From NCBI RefSeq assembly GCF_030684315.1, contig NC_081361.1, positions 67,563,553 through 67,627,552 of the forward strand: a stretch of 64,000 nt of DNA, read 5' to 3'. The notes beneath the pieces are model-generated. The model was not told where the DNA came from, did not search any database, and worked only from the letters and a program-made list of their open reading frames with translations. Within the stretch, counting starts at the first letter, position 1, and each line of letters opens with the position of its first letter. This stretch comes from Stegostoma tigrinum. Its lineage: Eukaryota. Positions 34,375-48,045 of the stretch are shown here, in pieces. The position numbers were made by a program, and so were the translations under genes.

Positions 34375-37349
34375 ACACTTCTTGATCAAACTGTTGGTCT
34401 TCTACCCTAATCTATCTGTAGGTAGTGAAATGTTCAATAGTATTTAATATCCTTCCTATGAAATGCCTGGTGTTTTTATTACATAAATATCCATATAAAT
34501 TGAAGTTCATTACTCAATATTTATCACAGGATATATGTACACACCTACTGTATTATTTGCAACATTGACTTTTGCTTCATTGTAAGTTTTTTTTTTATGC
34601 AAACCAGATTTGTGTGTTCTATAACTGCTGGTGTTAAAAGTACTGTTGTTGCAGAGATTAGTGGCTTTTTCACATGCTGCCTGACGGCTGTGTTCCCTAA
34701 GTGGCAGTATATATCTACAAACAATAACAGTACAGGGCATCAGATATAAGCTTTAGCTATTGAAATTCTCCAGGCATGGAGGACTGGCAAAGATGCTTCC
34801 CTGATTTCGAAATAACAGCCTTTCTCTTGTACTGTACATTTGAGAATTTTAAATACATTGAATCTGTCAAAAGTCAGCTTTGTGCATATCAGAATTAGGT
34901 TTATTAACACAAGTACTTACATGAAAACAGTGGAAAGTTAACAAAGTCATTGCTTACAGGGCCATCTAAGATATAGATTCTTAAAAATAAATTAGAAAAA
35001 TAAAGAAATAAAAGTTCAGAACTCCAGCCCTTTCAATCACAGAAGTCGGAACAGACTTGAGTCTGCTCCAGACCTCACCTCCATTCATGCCTGGGTGACA
35101 TCCAGGCAGTGACCATGTCCAACAAAGAGTCAGACCATTCACCTTTGTCATTACCCTAGTTAAATCCCCACCATTAAAATTCTGGGGCAAGCATTGATCA
35201 GAAATTGAACTAGCCATAAAAATACTGTCACAACTAGGACGAGGAATTCCGCAGCAATTAAATCCCCTACTTTCCCTTAATACCTGTCTGCCATCGACAA
35301 GGCATGAGTCAGGAGTGTGATGGGATATTCTCCATTTGATTGAATGGGTGTAGATCCAACCACACAAAAATTTAACCCCATCTAAGACAAAAAAGCCTAC
35401 TTAATTTGCAACCCACCCACCACTGACTCACAGTGGGAGGATTGTATACTGTTTATAAAATGCTTCTCTGACAGCACATTCCCAACTCATGACCTGTATC
35501 ACCTAGGATAAGGGCAGCAATTGCACAGGAGCACCACCACTTGCAAATTCCCTTTCAAATTGCAAAGTACCATGACATGAAACTGTATTATTGTTCCCTA
35601 ACTTTCAGTGGATCAAAACCCTGGAATTCCCTCTCTAACAGTAGTAAAGGTGTCCTTTATTCTCAAAGATTGCAGCAGTTCAAGAAGGCAGCTCACCACG
35701 ACACTTCTTCCCGATCAGTCAGGGAAGAAAAATAAATGCTTGCCCAGCAAGTTTTCCTCTGAATTAATTTGGAAAAGCAAACATGACTTGTCTCCAGGGG
35801 ACATTGAGCAATGGCCTAATTAGAACAGATGAAGTTGAAACACCACCATATTTGACCAACTGGACATCATTTCTTCCATATTATTCACATGCAACATCAC
35901 ATGAGGTCTTCCAGTGTAACATTACTGACATGTACAACAGTGTTTTTTCATCTCTCCATTCAGTGGATTAATTGTAAAGATAAAACAGTAACCTGTACTC
36001 AAAAGTTCCTTAATTTTAACAAAGATAGATGTTTCTTTCTTGATGTGGTCTAAAGACTAATTGATTCACCACAAGAGAGCAATTTATTGCTAACCAATCT
36101 TGACAGCAAACTCAAAACTTTTATAAACTCAGCTCAAACTTCTGATTTTTAAGAGGATTTAATCAAAAATATCAAAACTACAATTTTTAAAAATTCTTTT
36201 TACAACAACTGTTACACTTGCTATTTTTACACTGATGCTGCTGAATTAAAGAAATATGTAATGACCATGCCAGTAAATGTGTTAGGGTCTTTTAAGCGGC
36301 AGATTATTTAACCTTATCAGCTCAATGGAAGCGTAGCGAATCCTGAAAATTCAACAGCAAACTCATGCTTCTACATTCTGATTCACTGGAATATTTCAGA
36401 TGCTACCAATAATTTTCAATGATCAATACACTCTCGTTTGATACATTTTGAATACAATCTCCCAGATTCGAGATCAGAATACAGATTAAATATGCAATTT
36501 ATCACACTAAGTCGTATTCAGTACAAAATGTATATTTAGAGTAATTAAACTTTGAAGTGTTAAAACCTTTAACATGACTCTCCTATTATCTTGCAACATA
36601 TGTCATGTTTATCAGCCACACATTTCTCACATTAAGAAGCAGCAGCAGCAGTCTCTACTTATTTCGATACATGTGATAACTGCAGACTTGCTGGCAATGC
36701 TGATGCATTTATTCAGTGGTAGGGCAATAGAAAGCTCTTGGATACAGTGTTGACTTCTACCAAACAGCCAATAATTCATCATGGCCCAGTGCCCAACTTA
36801 TGTTATTACTCAAAACAAAGGTGACAATCCAAGAACATCAATTTCTCCAGGTGCTTAGAATTAATTGAGTTTTGTTTCATTGATTAGTTCAATAGTTACT
36901 TGATAGTTGTTTCACATTAGGAATATTGCAAACAAACCAAACCTGCACAAAAATGCTACTCTATGTAGCTCTACCAAGTCCTGAAATGTCTATGGATAGT
37001 TTCCATAAAGCAGCGAGCAATAAATATCTTAAACCTTGTGTGATGATTGTAACCACAGATCAAGAAGCTTTTGACACAACGACCTTGATTCATCATTAGT
37101 TATATCTTTTCTTTGTTAAGTCACAATATTGATGATACTTTTACATGATCAGCTTGAACAGAAAAATGGGAATAATATGCAAGTTAAATAACTTTTCAAC
37201 AGCTAGATTTTTGAACGGTGATCAGTGTTTGAATAGAATGGTGTGAGTTAATTGTTAATCACACCATTTATAAGCATCTCTGCTTCAATTTTATTGCAGT
37301 ATTTTTTAAATAATATCCTTTCTGTTGCTTTTTTGAAAGGATAAAATCT

Positions 37350-38075
37350 CTACTCTTTAGATTTTATTTTTTCATCTGGCAGTAGCTTTTTCTCAGGGTA
37401 TGTACTTTTGATTAATAATGTGGCAACCAAGGAAAATGTTGCGACCACAGTCAGCACTGCTCGAAGAGCTCTGAACCAACTTGGATAGCCTTCGAGTAAG
37501 GCTAAGTCATAATGCAATGCTATACCTAGACCCATGATAATCAAAATTGCTGCTTCAGTCAGATTATCATGAAAGAGTAGAGCTATCCAGGCTAACAAAG
37601 AAGGAACCACACTATTTCCCAGATTCAACCAATCAGGTTTTGCAGAACTACTTCCTGGAATTGAAAATCCCCATCTTATTCCTCCGACAAAAGAGAGAAT
37701 TGCTGCTCCATATGCAATTTGGGCAAAAGCTAGCTCAGGAAAATATGTTTCTGTTATGGCCATTACAAGGGGAGCTGACACAAAAGGAATTAATCCACCA
37801 CAGCAAAGATAGAGGGCAGGTTTGGGACTGTTCTTCAATTCTCTGAAATCATATCGTAGTAAGTCTAATTCACGTTTCTCTGGTTCTTCCACTTTCTTTA
37901 TCTTGGATGCTTGAGATGATGCATGAAAATAGCTTGTTTGACTCCTAAAAAATGCAGATTTTTGCAAGTACTTGATGGCTTGATGGCTCATAATTCTTCT
38001 TTGTGTGTAAGAGCTCAATAAGTTAGACGGCATGATGTTTCTTGATTCATTTGGAAACTGTAGTAATTTCTGAAC
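37350..38075 (-). CDS. TMEM69: TMEM69 last (main) coding exon
   Basis: Acceptor ttttccag|GTT. SPKPALYL..GLIPFV..LAFAQIAYGAAILSFVGGIRWGF..KPDWLNL..YPSWFRALR matches TMEM69. Confidence 0.93.
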   Translation of the reverse strand, partial: VQKLLQFPNESRNIMPSNLLSSYTQRRIMSHQAIKYLQKSAFFRSQTSYFHASSQASKIKKVEEPEKRELDLLRYDFRELKNSPKPALYLCCGGLIPFVSAPLVMAITETYFPELAFAQIAYGAAILSFVGGIRWGFSIPGSSSAKPDWLNLGNSVVPSLLAWIALLFHDNLTEAAILIIMGLGIALHYDLALLEGYPSWFRALRAVLTVVATFSLVATLLIKSTYPEKKLLPDEKIKSKE

Positions 38076-39774
38076 CTGGAAAACAGAGTAACAATGCATG
38101 TGTGTTAGCTGCAGGAAGTACCAAATTGAGTTGAGACATCGAAATATCCTGAGTAGGTAAAGATGAAACATTTAATGTGATTTATATTGGTAAGCTAAGA
38201 CACGAAATCACTCAGTTGGCTGGAGGACTGAAGTGTGAAGTAGACTAATGCATATAGGATTTGCTGAATTCCTTTCCCATTGAGGTAGACTTGGGATCTG
38301 CTTTCTCTTATCAAGCAATGTTAACTCACCACTGAAATAAAACTGTTCAGAAAATGGCTCAGCATGAAACATCAGACATTGAGCCAAGGATCTGATTGCA
38401 GTCAGAACATCAGTGAATAAACTGGTGTTATATAGTATGGAAAAGAATTCCACTCCTCTATGAACTGAACTTTCTCTGCAACTTTTTTTGTGTGAGGACC
38501 ACGAACAACTTCAAATTACTAATCATGATTAATTATTTGAAATTATGGCTCTGGTAATAAACAAAATTGTACATAGCCATTTCTCAGGTTTTCTACATTT
38601 GGATTTGACATGGTTCAAAGAACTGGACTGACAAATTGACTGACCTGAGCTCTGCTTGCATTAGATCAGGACACTGGTGTCATTAGATGTCGGACAATAA
38701 CTAGAAATAAACTGGGTAGGTAGTGTTTTTTGTGCACCATAACAATGGCCTCCTTCAGATTGTTACTGTCACAGTGGAGGCTATTTTTTTTCTCTCAAGT
38801 CCCCTTCTTTGCCAGTGCTTCGGCCCACTGTGCCATTTAATATTGGAAAAGTAATTGGTAATCAAATGATTTGTTCCATGAGATTGTAGCCCTTAAACAC
38901 CTCAGAGGACAGATTCACCTTAGCCATCATTGTTATGATCGTCTGAAGGTGCTAACCTTCAATGGATCATGAATGCCACCGTAACATCCAAATGATCATT
39001 TCTTAGTGTGTGAACCACCATCGCTAACTTACCAGATTTAACTTTATTTGATAGCAACATGTTTTCAACCATCCATTGTGATAAAGCAGGAGTGAGTTCC
39101 TGATTGCTAACTGTTTTCCAGTTTGAAGCTAACTTCAGAGCCCCAAATGGCAAACGTTTATTTTGTTTTAAATTTGTGATTGAATTTTTATGCCTCATTT
39201 CCACACTGGACAGTGCATTTACATTTCAGCACATGAATCACAAGTGGTTATAAAATTCTTCACTTCCCTAAAGAATATATATTTTGGAATCAGCTTTTCC
39301 ATGTCTGTCAATGATACCCAACTTTCTGCTACCCAATTCTGCTATTACTTTGAATCTCTGGACTATCAAATCCTGTACATGAGACTATTACCCGTTAAAC
39401 ATCAAGTTAGTAGACATTCTGTTCCAACTTGCATAAAAAACATCATGCCAGTGCTATCAATTTTTCTGATTATTTGCTTCAAGCTGGATTCACGCTCATT
39501 TTAAAACCTGTACAATGGTTTTCCAAAATATTCCAGGACTTCAAAGCAACCTAACTATGCAATCATCTTAAATACAGTTCAACCACTATTGCAAAGCTTC
39601 CACCCTGTGTTGCAGTATACTGCAGCACTGTGTCCTCAAAACTCTTTCATGCCCCACCTGTCTTTGTATTCAAAATCTTCCTCAGAACCCACCTCCAACT
39701 GCATTTTTTTTTCCACATTAATTTCTCTTCCACATCAAGTACAAAATAAATCACATTGCAGATAAGGTGCTTGG

Positions 39775-41150
39775 GTCTTCGTCATCAAGTCTTTGTCAGC
39801 AAGTCACCCAACTCAATCCACTCAGCCCAGGAGTTGCTCAAATCCCTCAAGGACATAAGAATACATGATGAGGAGACCAGGGTGTCATTTGATGTTACCA
39901 CCCTTTTCACATTGATTGGCATACCGCTAGCAAGAGAAACACTAGCCACACTACTTTAAGAACAAGACCCAAGTAACACCATGCTGAAACTTCTGGGCCT
40001 ACACCTCATGACCGACTTTACTATTAATGGCCAAATCTATCAACGGGACACCCACGGTGTCACCTACTTACAGACAAATAGCAGAAGTAGTGATGCAGAG
40101 ACTCAAAAGCAAGGCCCTCCTGAAAATCCAGCACAAACTATTGATCCGATACGTAGACAAGACTTTTGTCAAACGGAACAAACTACAGGAGACACACCAA
40201 TTACTAACACTTTCACCGGCATCCAATTTCCCAGGGGGGAGGAAAAGAACAAACAGCTCCCATTCCTGGACATAATGGTAGAATGCAGGGCAAAACGGGG
40301 AATTCCTGATGAAGGTACGCAGAAAAGCAACACACACTGACCAAGTACTGAATTTCAACAATTACCACCCCAACACCCACAAACGAAGTTGTGTGTAAAC
40401 ACTATTTAAATGGGCAACAACACACTGCAGCAACACAACTGTGCCAAAAAGAAGAAGAGTACCTCCATCAAGTACTTAAGGACAACGGATACCCGAACAA
40501 CTAGATCTGATGATGCCTATCACACGAACAACAACTGGAAGATACCGTAACACACTCACCACGCTACCTCATATCAAGAGCACATCCAAACTGACCATAA
40601 GACTCCTACAACCGTTGGGCATCAGAGTAGCACACAAACCCACATCAACACTCCACCAAATGCTAACTTGAACAAAAGACCCTTTATCCACTATGGACAA
40701 AACCCCATGCAAGCACTGCAACAAACATTCCATTGGACAGACAGGAACAAAATTGGCCACAAGGGTACATGAACACCGACCAGCAACAAAAAGACATGAT
40801 CAATACGCACTCATCTCCATTCACACAGATAAGGAGAACCACCAGTTTGATTGGGACGAGACCAGGATCCTAGAACAGGCCAAACAGGGACAAGCACAGG
40901 AATTCCTACAGGCTGGTTTTCCACCAAGAAGGCCATCAAACACATCGAATTTGACCCTAAATATACACACCACTGCGAAGGAAAACCGGAAATGAGATAA
41001 TCAAACCCAATGGATCCCAGAGTTTAAATACCAGGCGGGAAAACACAACAGTGCTTCAACAGAGGCTGCACTGATGATGTTACCCAGCAGGGTAATGAAA
41101 CGTATGCGAATAACAAACCAGCTTGGCAAGCAAAGCAACCACAGCTAAAA
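39775..41150 (+). mobile_element. Degenerate Penelope-like element (Poseidon/Penelope-type RT and GIY-YIG)
   Basis: RT motifs VSFDVTTLFT, RYVD and QLPFLDI; GIY-YIG PCKHCNKHSIGQTGTKLATRVHEH; hammerhead motif at the 3' end. Confidence 0.88.
41067..41108 (+). ncRNA. Minimal hammerhead ribozyme motif at the PLE 3' end (related to family 2)
   Basis: tgca CTGATGA t gttaccc agca gggtaat GAAA cGTA tgcg: 7-bp stem II and 4-bp stem I, with structure-preserving differences from the 16830 copy. Confidence 0.72.
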
Positions 41151-42541
41151 CAACTTATTACTACCTCATCAAAATGAAGAGTGGATAATTCAAGAGTTAA
41201 TGGTTCAGCTATTTTTAATAAAAAGTTATTTACCCTGGCTATGAAACAATGATTCAATAGAAGATATGTGAACCCTGAGTTAGCCCTGTATCATATTTTT
41301 ACCTGGATGGGTTTTAGCAATGAAGCTAAACCCTTCAAAGTATTTAACAGAAAAATACTTGTCTGGCTGAATTCTGACAAACTGCACAGTCAGGTACATA
41401 CGGAATTGGCAGTTCAGCCTTTTAAGTTTCAAAAGCTCCACTGAAACCAAATTGAACATGAGAAAAGGAATTAGTTCACCTCTTCACTTGTTCATAATAC
41501 AGAAAAGCCATTGTTAAAGTTTCAGTATTGCTGCCGACATTTCAGATGCCCAGGGATTACCAAATTCTCTTTAAGTAAATAAGAGAGCAATAAAAATCAC
41601 AACAAATCATCTTATACGCCTCTGCAAACTTCAGGAGAAACATCTGCAGTGTGATTTATTTTGAACAATTATCTGTCACTAATTTAAAACTTCACATGTT
41701 CTTGCAGTTACAAGAATTTTAACTGTTCCTCCTCTATGCATCACTAATCCCACCCATTGCTACACTAACATTTTTATCAGTTTGTACTATATTAACCATT
41801 AACCAGAAACTGAACTATGGCAGCCATACAGACGCTCAAGTTATCCGAGCAAGTCAAATATTGGGAATTCTGAGGTGAATAAGTCACTTCTTGACTCTGC
41901 CCACCATCTAGAAGACACAACAGTATGTTGGAAAACTCCATTTTCACTCGATGAGCACAGCTGCAACAATACTTGAGAAGCTTAACACCATTCAGAACAA
42001 GGCAGTCTGCTTACTAGCACCCAATCCACAAACTTCAACATACACACCTTCAACAATGACCCACAGTGGCAGAGATGTGTAACATCTTAAAGTACAGCAG
42101 CAACTCAACAGTGCTCCCTTGACAGCACCTAATAAGTCCATGACCACCTAGAAGAACACAGGCAGCACCAGCACAGGGAAACACCATCATCTGCAAGTTC
42201 CCATCCAAGGTACACACCATCCTGTCTTGGAAAACTGTTCCTTCATCATCTCTGGCTCAGAATCCAGAAACTCCCTCCCTAAATACTGGCCCAGCCAATG
42301 ATGCCCACATCCAATGAAAAATATAAAAAAAAACTTGAACATGCCTTTCCAAAATGTATTATTGTTAGACTAAATGACTTCCAATAGAATTTTTGCATTG
42401 GCTCATGCTCCCTTCAGCTTAGCATTTATTCTGCAACTATAATGTTTCTTACAAATGTTAAAGATTTACACAACACAGTGCACTCAAATCTTGTTTATGC
42501 AGTTCCAGAAAATGTACTCTTGAAACAGGTTCAACACTTAC

Positions 42542-42586
42542 TTTTCCAGTTGTTTGCAAGTATCTCCTCACCAAAAAAGCCAACAT
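42542..42586 (-). CDS. TMEM69: TMEM69 first coding exon (exon spans 42542-42594)
   Basis: The minus strand reads ttttttttgcag|GTGGTAAG ATG TTG GCT...GGA AAA|gtaagt, encoding MLAFLVRRYLQTTGK. Phase 0 joins the main exon to give 256 aa; the basic N-terminus resembles a mitochondrial presequence. Confidence 0.85.
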
Positions 42587-43275
42587 CTTACCACCTGCAA
42601 AAAAAATGAAATAACATGTCAAAGTATGCCTCTATGCTTGATTAGTTGCACAGCTAGAAAGAAGGTATGAGCATTTGAGAAATTTAGTCAGATCAAGTAG
42701 ATATAGTCTTTTAACCCTGAGAGTGAGTATTAATTTAAACTTTAGTCACATTTGGCTTGACAACAATTTGAATTTTGATATTTCAGTCTCCATTTAGCAA
42801 GGAAGAAATTGTTATATAATTCTAAGGATCGTAATTAACTTTGTGTATTTCGCCATTTTTAATTCTTATGCTCAAAATTCGTGTTTTGATGCCGGTTTGA
42901 AATAGCCATTTTGAACTGACCTCCTCGAATAAAATCCATAGAAGCGACATTGTAGGTGCGATCTACAAGTCATGTACTGAGAGAAATTCTACATTTGTCA
43001 ATTTAGCAAAAGTATAAGATTTTCTTCGTACTTCAGAGAAAAGCAACTCCACAAAATGCATGGCTGACTGGTGACAGCAGTTTTCGAATGTTAGCATAAG
43101 GTGGTACTTTAGAAAATACTGGGGCACATGTTATGCTTTTATGACGCCCATTCTCCCGAATGGCATTATTTTGCCTGCTATACACATACTATATTGAATG
43201 AGGAGAATTTCTTTTATTTCCAATCTGGATTCAATTCACAGATGTACAGCCCAAAACAATACCAAGGAAAAGGGT

Positions 43276-43420
43276 ATCGGAGATAATGGGAACTGCAGAT
43301 GCTGGAGAATTCCAAGATAATAAAATGTGAGGCTGGATGAACACAGCAGGCCAAGCAGCATCTCATGTGCTCCTGAGATGCTGCTTGGCCTGCTGTGTTC
43401 ATCCAGCCTCACATTTTATT
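43276..43420. mobile_element. Short inverted PLE-end dimer in TMEM69 intron 1
   Basis: Flanked by accaaggaaaa(g/t)ggt at 43261-43275 and 43421-43435. Confidence 0.8.
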
Positions 43421-43659
43421 ACCAAGGAAAATGGTGATGAGCGGCCTGTGCAGAACGAATCCGAACGTCCCCAGCTAAGACGCTGTTATAAAATGTACTT
43501 GGTTGCCAGGCTTTTGGTTGTCTGCCCTCATACATGCTCGAGATTTTTCAATAATGTTGAGGTTGCTAAGTGTTCCTGTGAAACGATCTCGATTAAAAAC
43601 AAAACGAAGGCCGTGACCCTGAGAGCGAACGCCGTGATTAAAGAGAAACGCGCCCTTAC

Positions 43660-43810
43660 CTTCCAATCGTCCAAAAACCAACGATCTCTGTTCCTTGCCA
43701 AATTAAACCCCAAATAACCGTTCACTTTGAAACATGGCGGCCCATGCAGAGGAAGCTCATCCTCAACCAAGGCATTACCTTCCGGGTCATGGGAGGGCGG
43801 GGTCACACCG
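43660..43810 (-). promoter_or_regulatory. TMEM69 promoter and probable non-coding exon 1
   Basis: CpG-enriched patch; minus-strand donor AAG|gtaagg at 43659; YY1-like aacatggcggc at about 43731-43741; ETS-like cttccgg at about 43779; GC box gggcggg at about 43796. Confidence 0.65.
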
Positions 43811-43963
43811 CAGCTAGCTGAGTGCAGGGGGATGCCAAGCGGAAAGTATACAATGTGAGAGAGAGAGATAATGGGAACTGCAGATGCTGGAGATTCCAAG
43901 ATAATAAAATGTGAGGCTGGATGAACACAGCAGGCCAAGCAGCATCTCAGGAGCACAAAAGCT

Positions 43964-43991
43964 GACGTTTCGGGCCTAGACCCTTCATCAG
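43964..43991 (-). ncRNA. Minimal hammerhead ribozyme motif (PLE main family)
   Basis: Reverse complement reads CTGATGA a gggt ctag gccc GAAA cGTC; core intact. Confidence 0.68.
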
Positions 43992-45373
43992 AGAGGGGGA
44001 TGGGGGGAGGGAACTGGAATAAATAGGGAGAGAGGGGGAGGCGGACCGAAGATGGAGAAAAGAAGATAGGTGGAGAGAGTATAGGTGGGGAGGTAGGGAG
44101 GGGATAGGTCAGTCCAGGGAAGACGGACAGGTCAAGGAGGTGGGATGAGGTTAGTAGGTAGATGGGGGTGGGAGAAAGGAATGGGTGAGAGGAAGAACAA
44201 GTTAGGGAGGCAGAGACAGGTTGGACTGGTTTTGGGATGCAGTGGGTGGAGGGGAAGAGCTGGGCTGGTTGTGTGGTGCTGTGGGGGGAGGGGACGAACT
44301 GGGCTGGTTTAGGGATGCGGTGGGGGAAGGGGAGATTTTGAAACTGGTGAAGTCCACATTGATACCATTAGGCTGCAGGGTTCCCAGGCGGAATATGAGT
44401 TGCTGTTCCTGCAACCTACGGGTGGCATCATTGTGGCACTGCAGGAGGCCCATGATGGACATGTCATCTAAAGAATGGGAGGGGGAGTGGAAATGGTTTG
44501 CGACTGGGAGGTGCAGTTGTTTGTTGCGAACTGAGCGGAGGTGTTCTGCAAAGCGGTCCCTAAGCCTCCGCTTGGTTTCCCCAACGTAGAGGAAGCCACA
44601 CCGGGTACAGTGGATGCAGTATACCACATTGGCAGATGTGCAGGTGAACCTCTGCTTAATGTGGAATGTCATCTTGGGGCCTGGGATAGGGGTGAGGGAG
44701 GAGGTGTGGGGGCAAGTGTAGCATTTCCTGTGGTTGCAGGGGAAGGTGCCGGCTGTGGTGGGGTTGAAGGGCAGTGTGGAGCGAACAAGGGAGTCACGGA
44801 GAGAGTGGTCTCTCCGGAAAGCAGACAGGCGTGGGGATGGACAAATGTCTTGGGTGAGGGCTTCCTCTACATTGGGGAAACCAAGCGGAGGCTTGGGGAC
44901 TGCTTTGCAGAACACCTCCTCTCAGTTCGCAACAAACAGGTTGCAGGAACAGCAACTCATATTCCGCCTGGGAACCCTGCAGCCTAATGGTATCAATGTG
45001 GACTTCACCAGTTTCAAAATCTCCCCTTCCCCCACCGCATCCCTAAACCAGCCCAGTTCGTCCCCTCCCCCCACAGCACCACACAACCAGCCCAGCTCTT
45101 CCCTTCCACCCGCTGCATCCCAAAACCAGCCCAAACTGTCTCTGCCTCCCTAACTTGTTCTTCCTCTCACCCATCCCTTCCTCCCACCCCAAGCCGCACC
45201 CCCAGCTACCTACTAACCTCATCCCACCTCCTTGACCTGTCCGTCTTCCCTGGACTGACCTATCCCCTCCCTACCTCCCCACCTATACTCTCTCCACCTA
45301 TCTTCTTTTCTCTCCATCTTCGGTCCGCCTCCCCCTCCCTATTTATTCCAGAACCCTCACCCCATCCCCCTCT

Positions 45374-45401
45374 CTGATGAAGGGTCTAGGCCCGAAACGT
45401 C
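45374..45401 (+). ncRNA. Minimal hammerhead ribozyme motif (PLE main family)
   Basis: CTGATGA a gggt ctag gccc GAAA cGTC; core intact. Confidence 0.68.
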
Positions 45402-45858
45402 AGCTTTTGTGCTCCTGAGATGCTGCTTGGCCTGCTGTGTTCATCCAGCCTCACATTTTGTTGTCTTGGATTCTCCAGCATCTGCAGTTCCCATTATCTC
45501 GGAAAGTATACAATTCCCACTTTCAGGTTACATACAGAAAGTGCTGGCAACACAAACCAGATCTTCCAACATTTAAAAAAAAATCCGAATCGTTGAATAT
45601 TCCTTTTCCCGCCCCCCTTTTGTGAGCTGTTCCTATGCCAGACCTTCATTTTTATTTACATTGTAGATTTTTTTGCGTATTTTTCCCCCTTCCTTCCGAC
45701 CCATTTTCAGACTGACTGCCATGGAATTAAACGTGTAGCTGAAGAAATGATAAACAAGCGACTGGCATTGTCTTGTCTCTGAGGTAGAGTCACCACTGTC
45801 CTTCCTGCCAGATTCGTAGGGCTGCCCTTGCATGAGAGACACAACTGGTAGTGATTTT

Positions 45859-45979
45859 TAGAGATAATGGGAACTGCAGATGCTGGAGAATACAAGATAA
45901 CAAAGTGTGAAGCTGGATGAACACAGCAGGCCAAGCAGCATCTCAGGAGCACAAAAGCTGACATTTCGGGCCTAGACCC
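45859..45979 (-). mobile_element. Single PLE 3'-end insertion with 11-bp target-site duplication
   Basis: gtagtgatttt at 45848-45858 and 45980-45990. Confidence 0.8.
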
Positions 45980-47447
45980 GTAGTGATTTTAACCAGAGGG
46001 TCACCACGCTTCAGGCCAGGGCAGAGGTTGAGATGGAGTTCCTTATGGTAATATCAGCCAGTATGGAAGTTGAACCTGCACTGTTGGCACTACAGCATCG
46101 GAAACCACCTGTCCAGCAAATTAAATGTGACTGGTTTGAAAATCATACAGCAGGAGTCAAACTTAACTCCAATCTCTAAAGAACGTGAACTTGAAGCGAG
46201 AAAGCAGAAAAGGTGGTTGTTGGAACCAGCCTACTTCTTCCCTAGTCCGTGCATCAATATCATTCACTATAGCTGGCAAATGATTGATTTAATCAGCATT
46301 TTATTACAAGTATGGGGATCACTAGGCTGTAGCAGATAGGGTTGCGGAACCCTCAATAAACAACCTAGAGATATTATTTTCATGACACCACCTGCTGCAA
46401 GTTCTTCTCTCAGCCTCATCACCCTGACTTGGAAATATATCACAGCCCGTTCATCACCGTGAGGTCAATATCCTGGAATTCCCTCCCAAAGGACATTGTG
46501 GGGCAACCTACATAGACTACAGTTCACCACCACCTTCTCAAGGGCAACTCAGTGTGGGCAATAAATGCTGGCCAACCAGTGGCACCTGTGTCCCACCAGT
46601 GGATAAAACAATAATTGTGCCCTTGTAATTAAATGCAGGATCATTTTCAACTATTTTAGTTTTGAAGAATGCAAGAATTGGTGTGTGTAAAAAGATTTTT
46701 TGTTTTGTGTAATATGAAACATCTTTGACAAAACAATAAATCATGATAAAATCAATGAAACTTCAAAAGCTAAATGTTGATATGATTCAACACGATCAGC
46801 TGATACAGAACAACAGCTGTTATTGAGTAGTTACGTGATTATGGCGTGTATTTAACCTGTTGCATGTACGAATCTGCAGAGATTTTGAATGTTATTAAAT
46901 ATCAGTTCAATGTTGAATTATGTTTCAATAACAAATTGAGAAAGAAAACTATAATGATTTAAAAGTACGTTGCTTGCTAAAACAAAAGATAGTTTTGAAA
47001 AATGCGGAAGTTTGGAAATGCTGCAGCTCAGTTTTGTTTGATAGGGGTGGCCAGGTCTGAGTGACTGGGTCAGCCGTCCAGTTACTGAGGAGTTAGAGCA
47101 CATTTTAATTCCAGTAGCCTTCTCCTAGTTAACTATTAAGGAAGTCAGTGAAAACTCTCTCTGTTGTTACTATTGTTATTCTGCTTTGAGGACTTCAGAG
47201 GATTCCAGATGCTGGGTAATTGCCCATTGGAAATTACGACTTCCAAGACAATTCCTGGATATTTCATTGAAACATTCAAGCAGTCCCAACATGCATCCTT
47301 CAGGATACATCCAGTTTCTGTCTATCGGGAGATGAGTAGAGCTGGGCCATAGTCTCAATAGTGAAGTAATGTGTACAAGAAGGAATGTGTGTTACTTTTT
47401 TTTATACCAAAACACACCTTCCTCATTTGCTTGCACAACCTGGCATA

Positions 47448-48045
47448 CCTGCACTGCCACAATGATGCCACCCGAAGGTTGCAGGAACAGCAACTCATAT
47501 TCCGCCTGGGAACCCTGCAGCCATATGGTATCAATGTGGACTTCACCAGTTTCAAAATCTCCCCTTCCCCCACTGCATCCCTCAACCAGCCCAGTTCATC
47601 CCCTCCCCCCACTGCACCACACAACCAGCCCAGCTCTTCCCCCCCACCCACTGCATCCCAAAACCAGTCCAACCTGTCTCTGCCTCCCTAACCGGTTCTT
47701 CCTCTCACCCATCCCTTCCTCCCACCCCAAGCCGCACCCCCAGCTACCTACTAACCTCATCCCACCTCCTTGACCTGTCCGTCTTCCCTGGACTGACCTA
47801 TCCCCTCCCTACCTCCCCACCTACACCCTCTCCACCTATCTTCTTTACTCTCCATCTTCGGTCCGCCTCCCCCTCTCTCCCTATTTATTCCAGTTCCCTC
47901 CCCCCATCCCCCTCTCTGATGAAGGGTCTAGGCCCGAAACGTCAGCTTTTGTGCTCCTGAGATGCTGCTTGGCCTGCTGTGTTCATCCAGCCTCACATTT
48001 TATTATCTTGGAGTCTCCAGCATCTGCAGTTCCCATTATCTCTGA
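47448..48045 (+). mobile_element. 5'-truncated young PLE copy with intact hammerhead motif at 47916-47943
   Basis: Encodes HCHNDATRRLQEQQLIFRLGTLQPYGIN; the tail is near-identical to 45000-45500. Confidence 0.88.

Larger units (their letters stand above)
43855..45499. mobile_element. Young inverted PLE dimer (GIY-YIG-coding arms) with 15-bp target-site duplication
   Basis: The minus arm encodes FTCTSANVVYCIHCTRCGFLYVGETKRRLRDRFAEH...EQQLIFRLGTLQPNGIN (ORF 44202-44915). The plus arm starts near 44860. cggaaagtatacaat occurs at 43840-43854 and 45500-45514. Confidence 0.9.

Noticed and set aside
38076-38171. N-terminal extension of the TMEM69 ORF (MFHLYLL...)
   Set aside because: It lies in the intron upstream of a good acceptor; the 42586 exon supplies an in-phase start.
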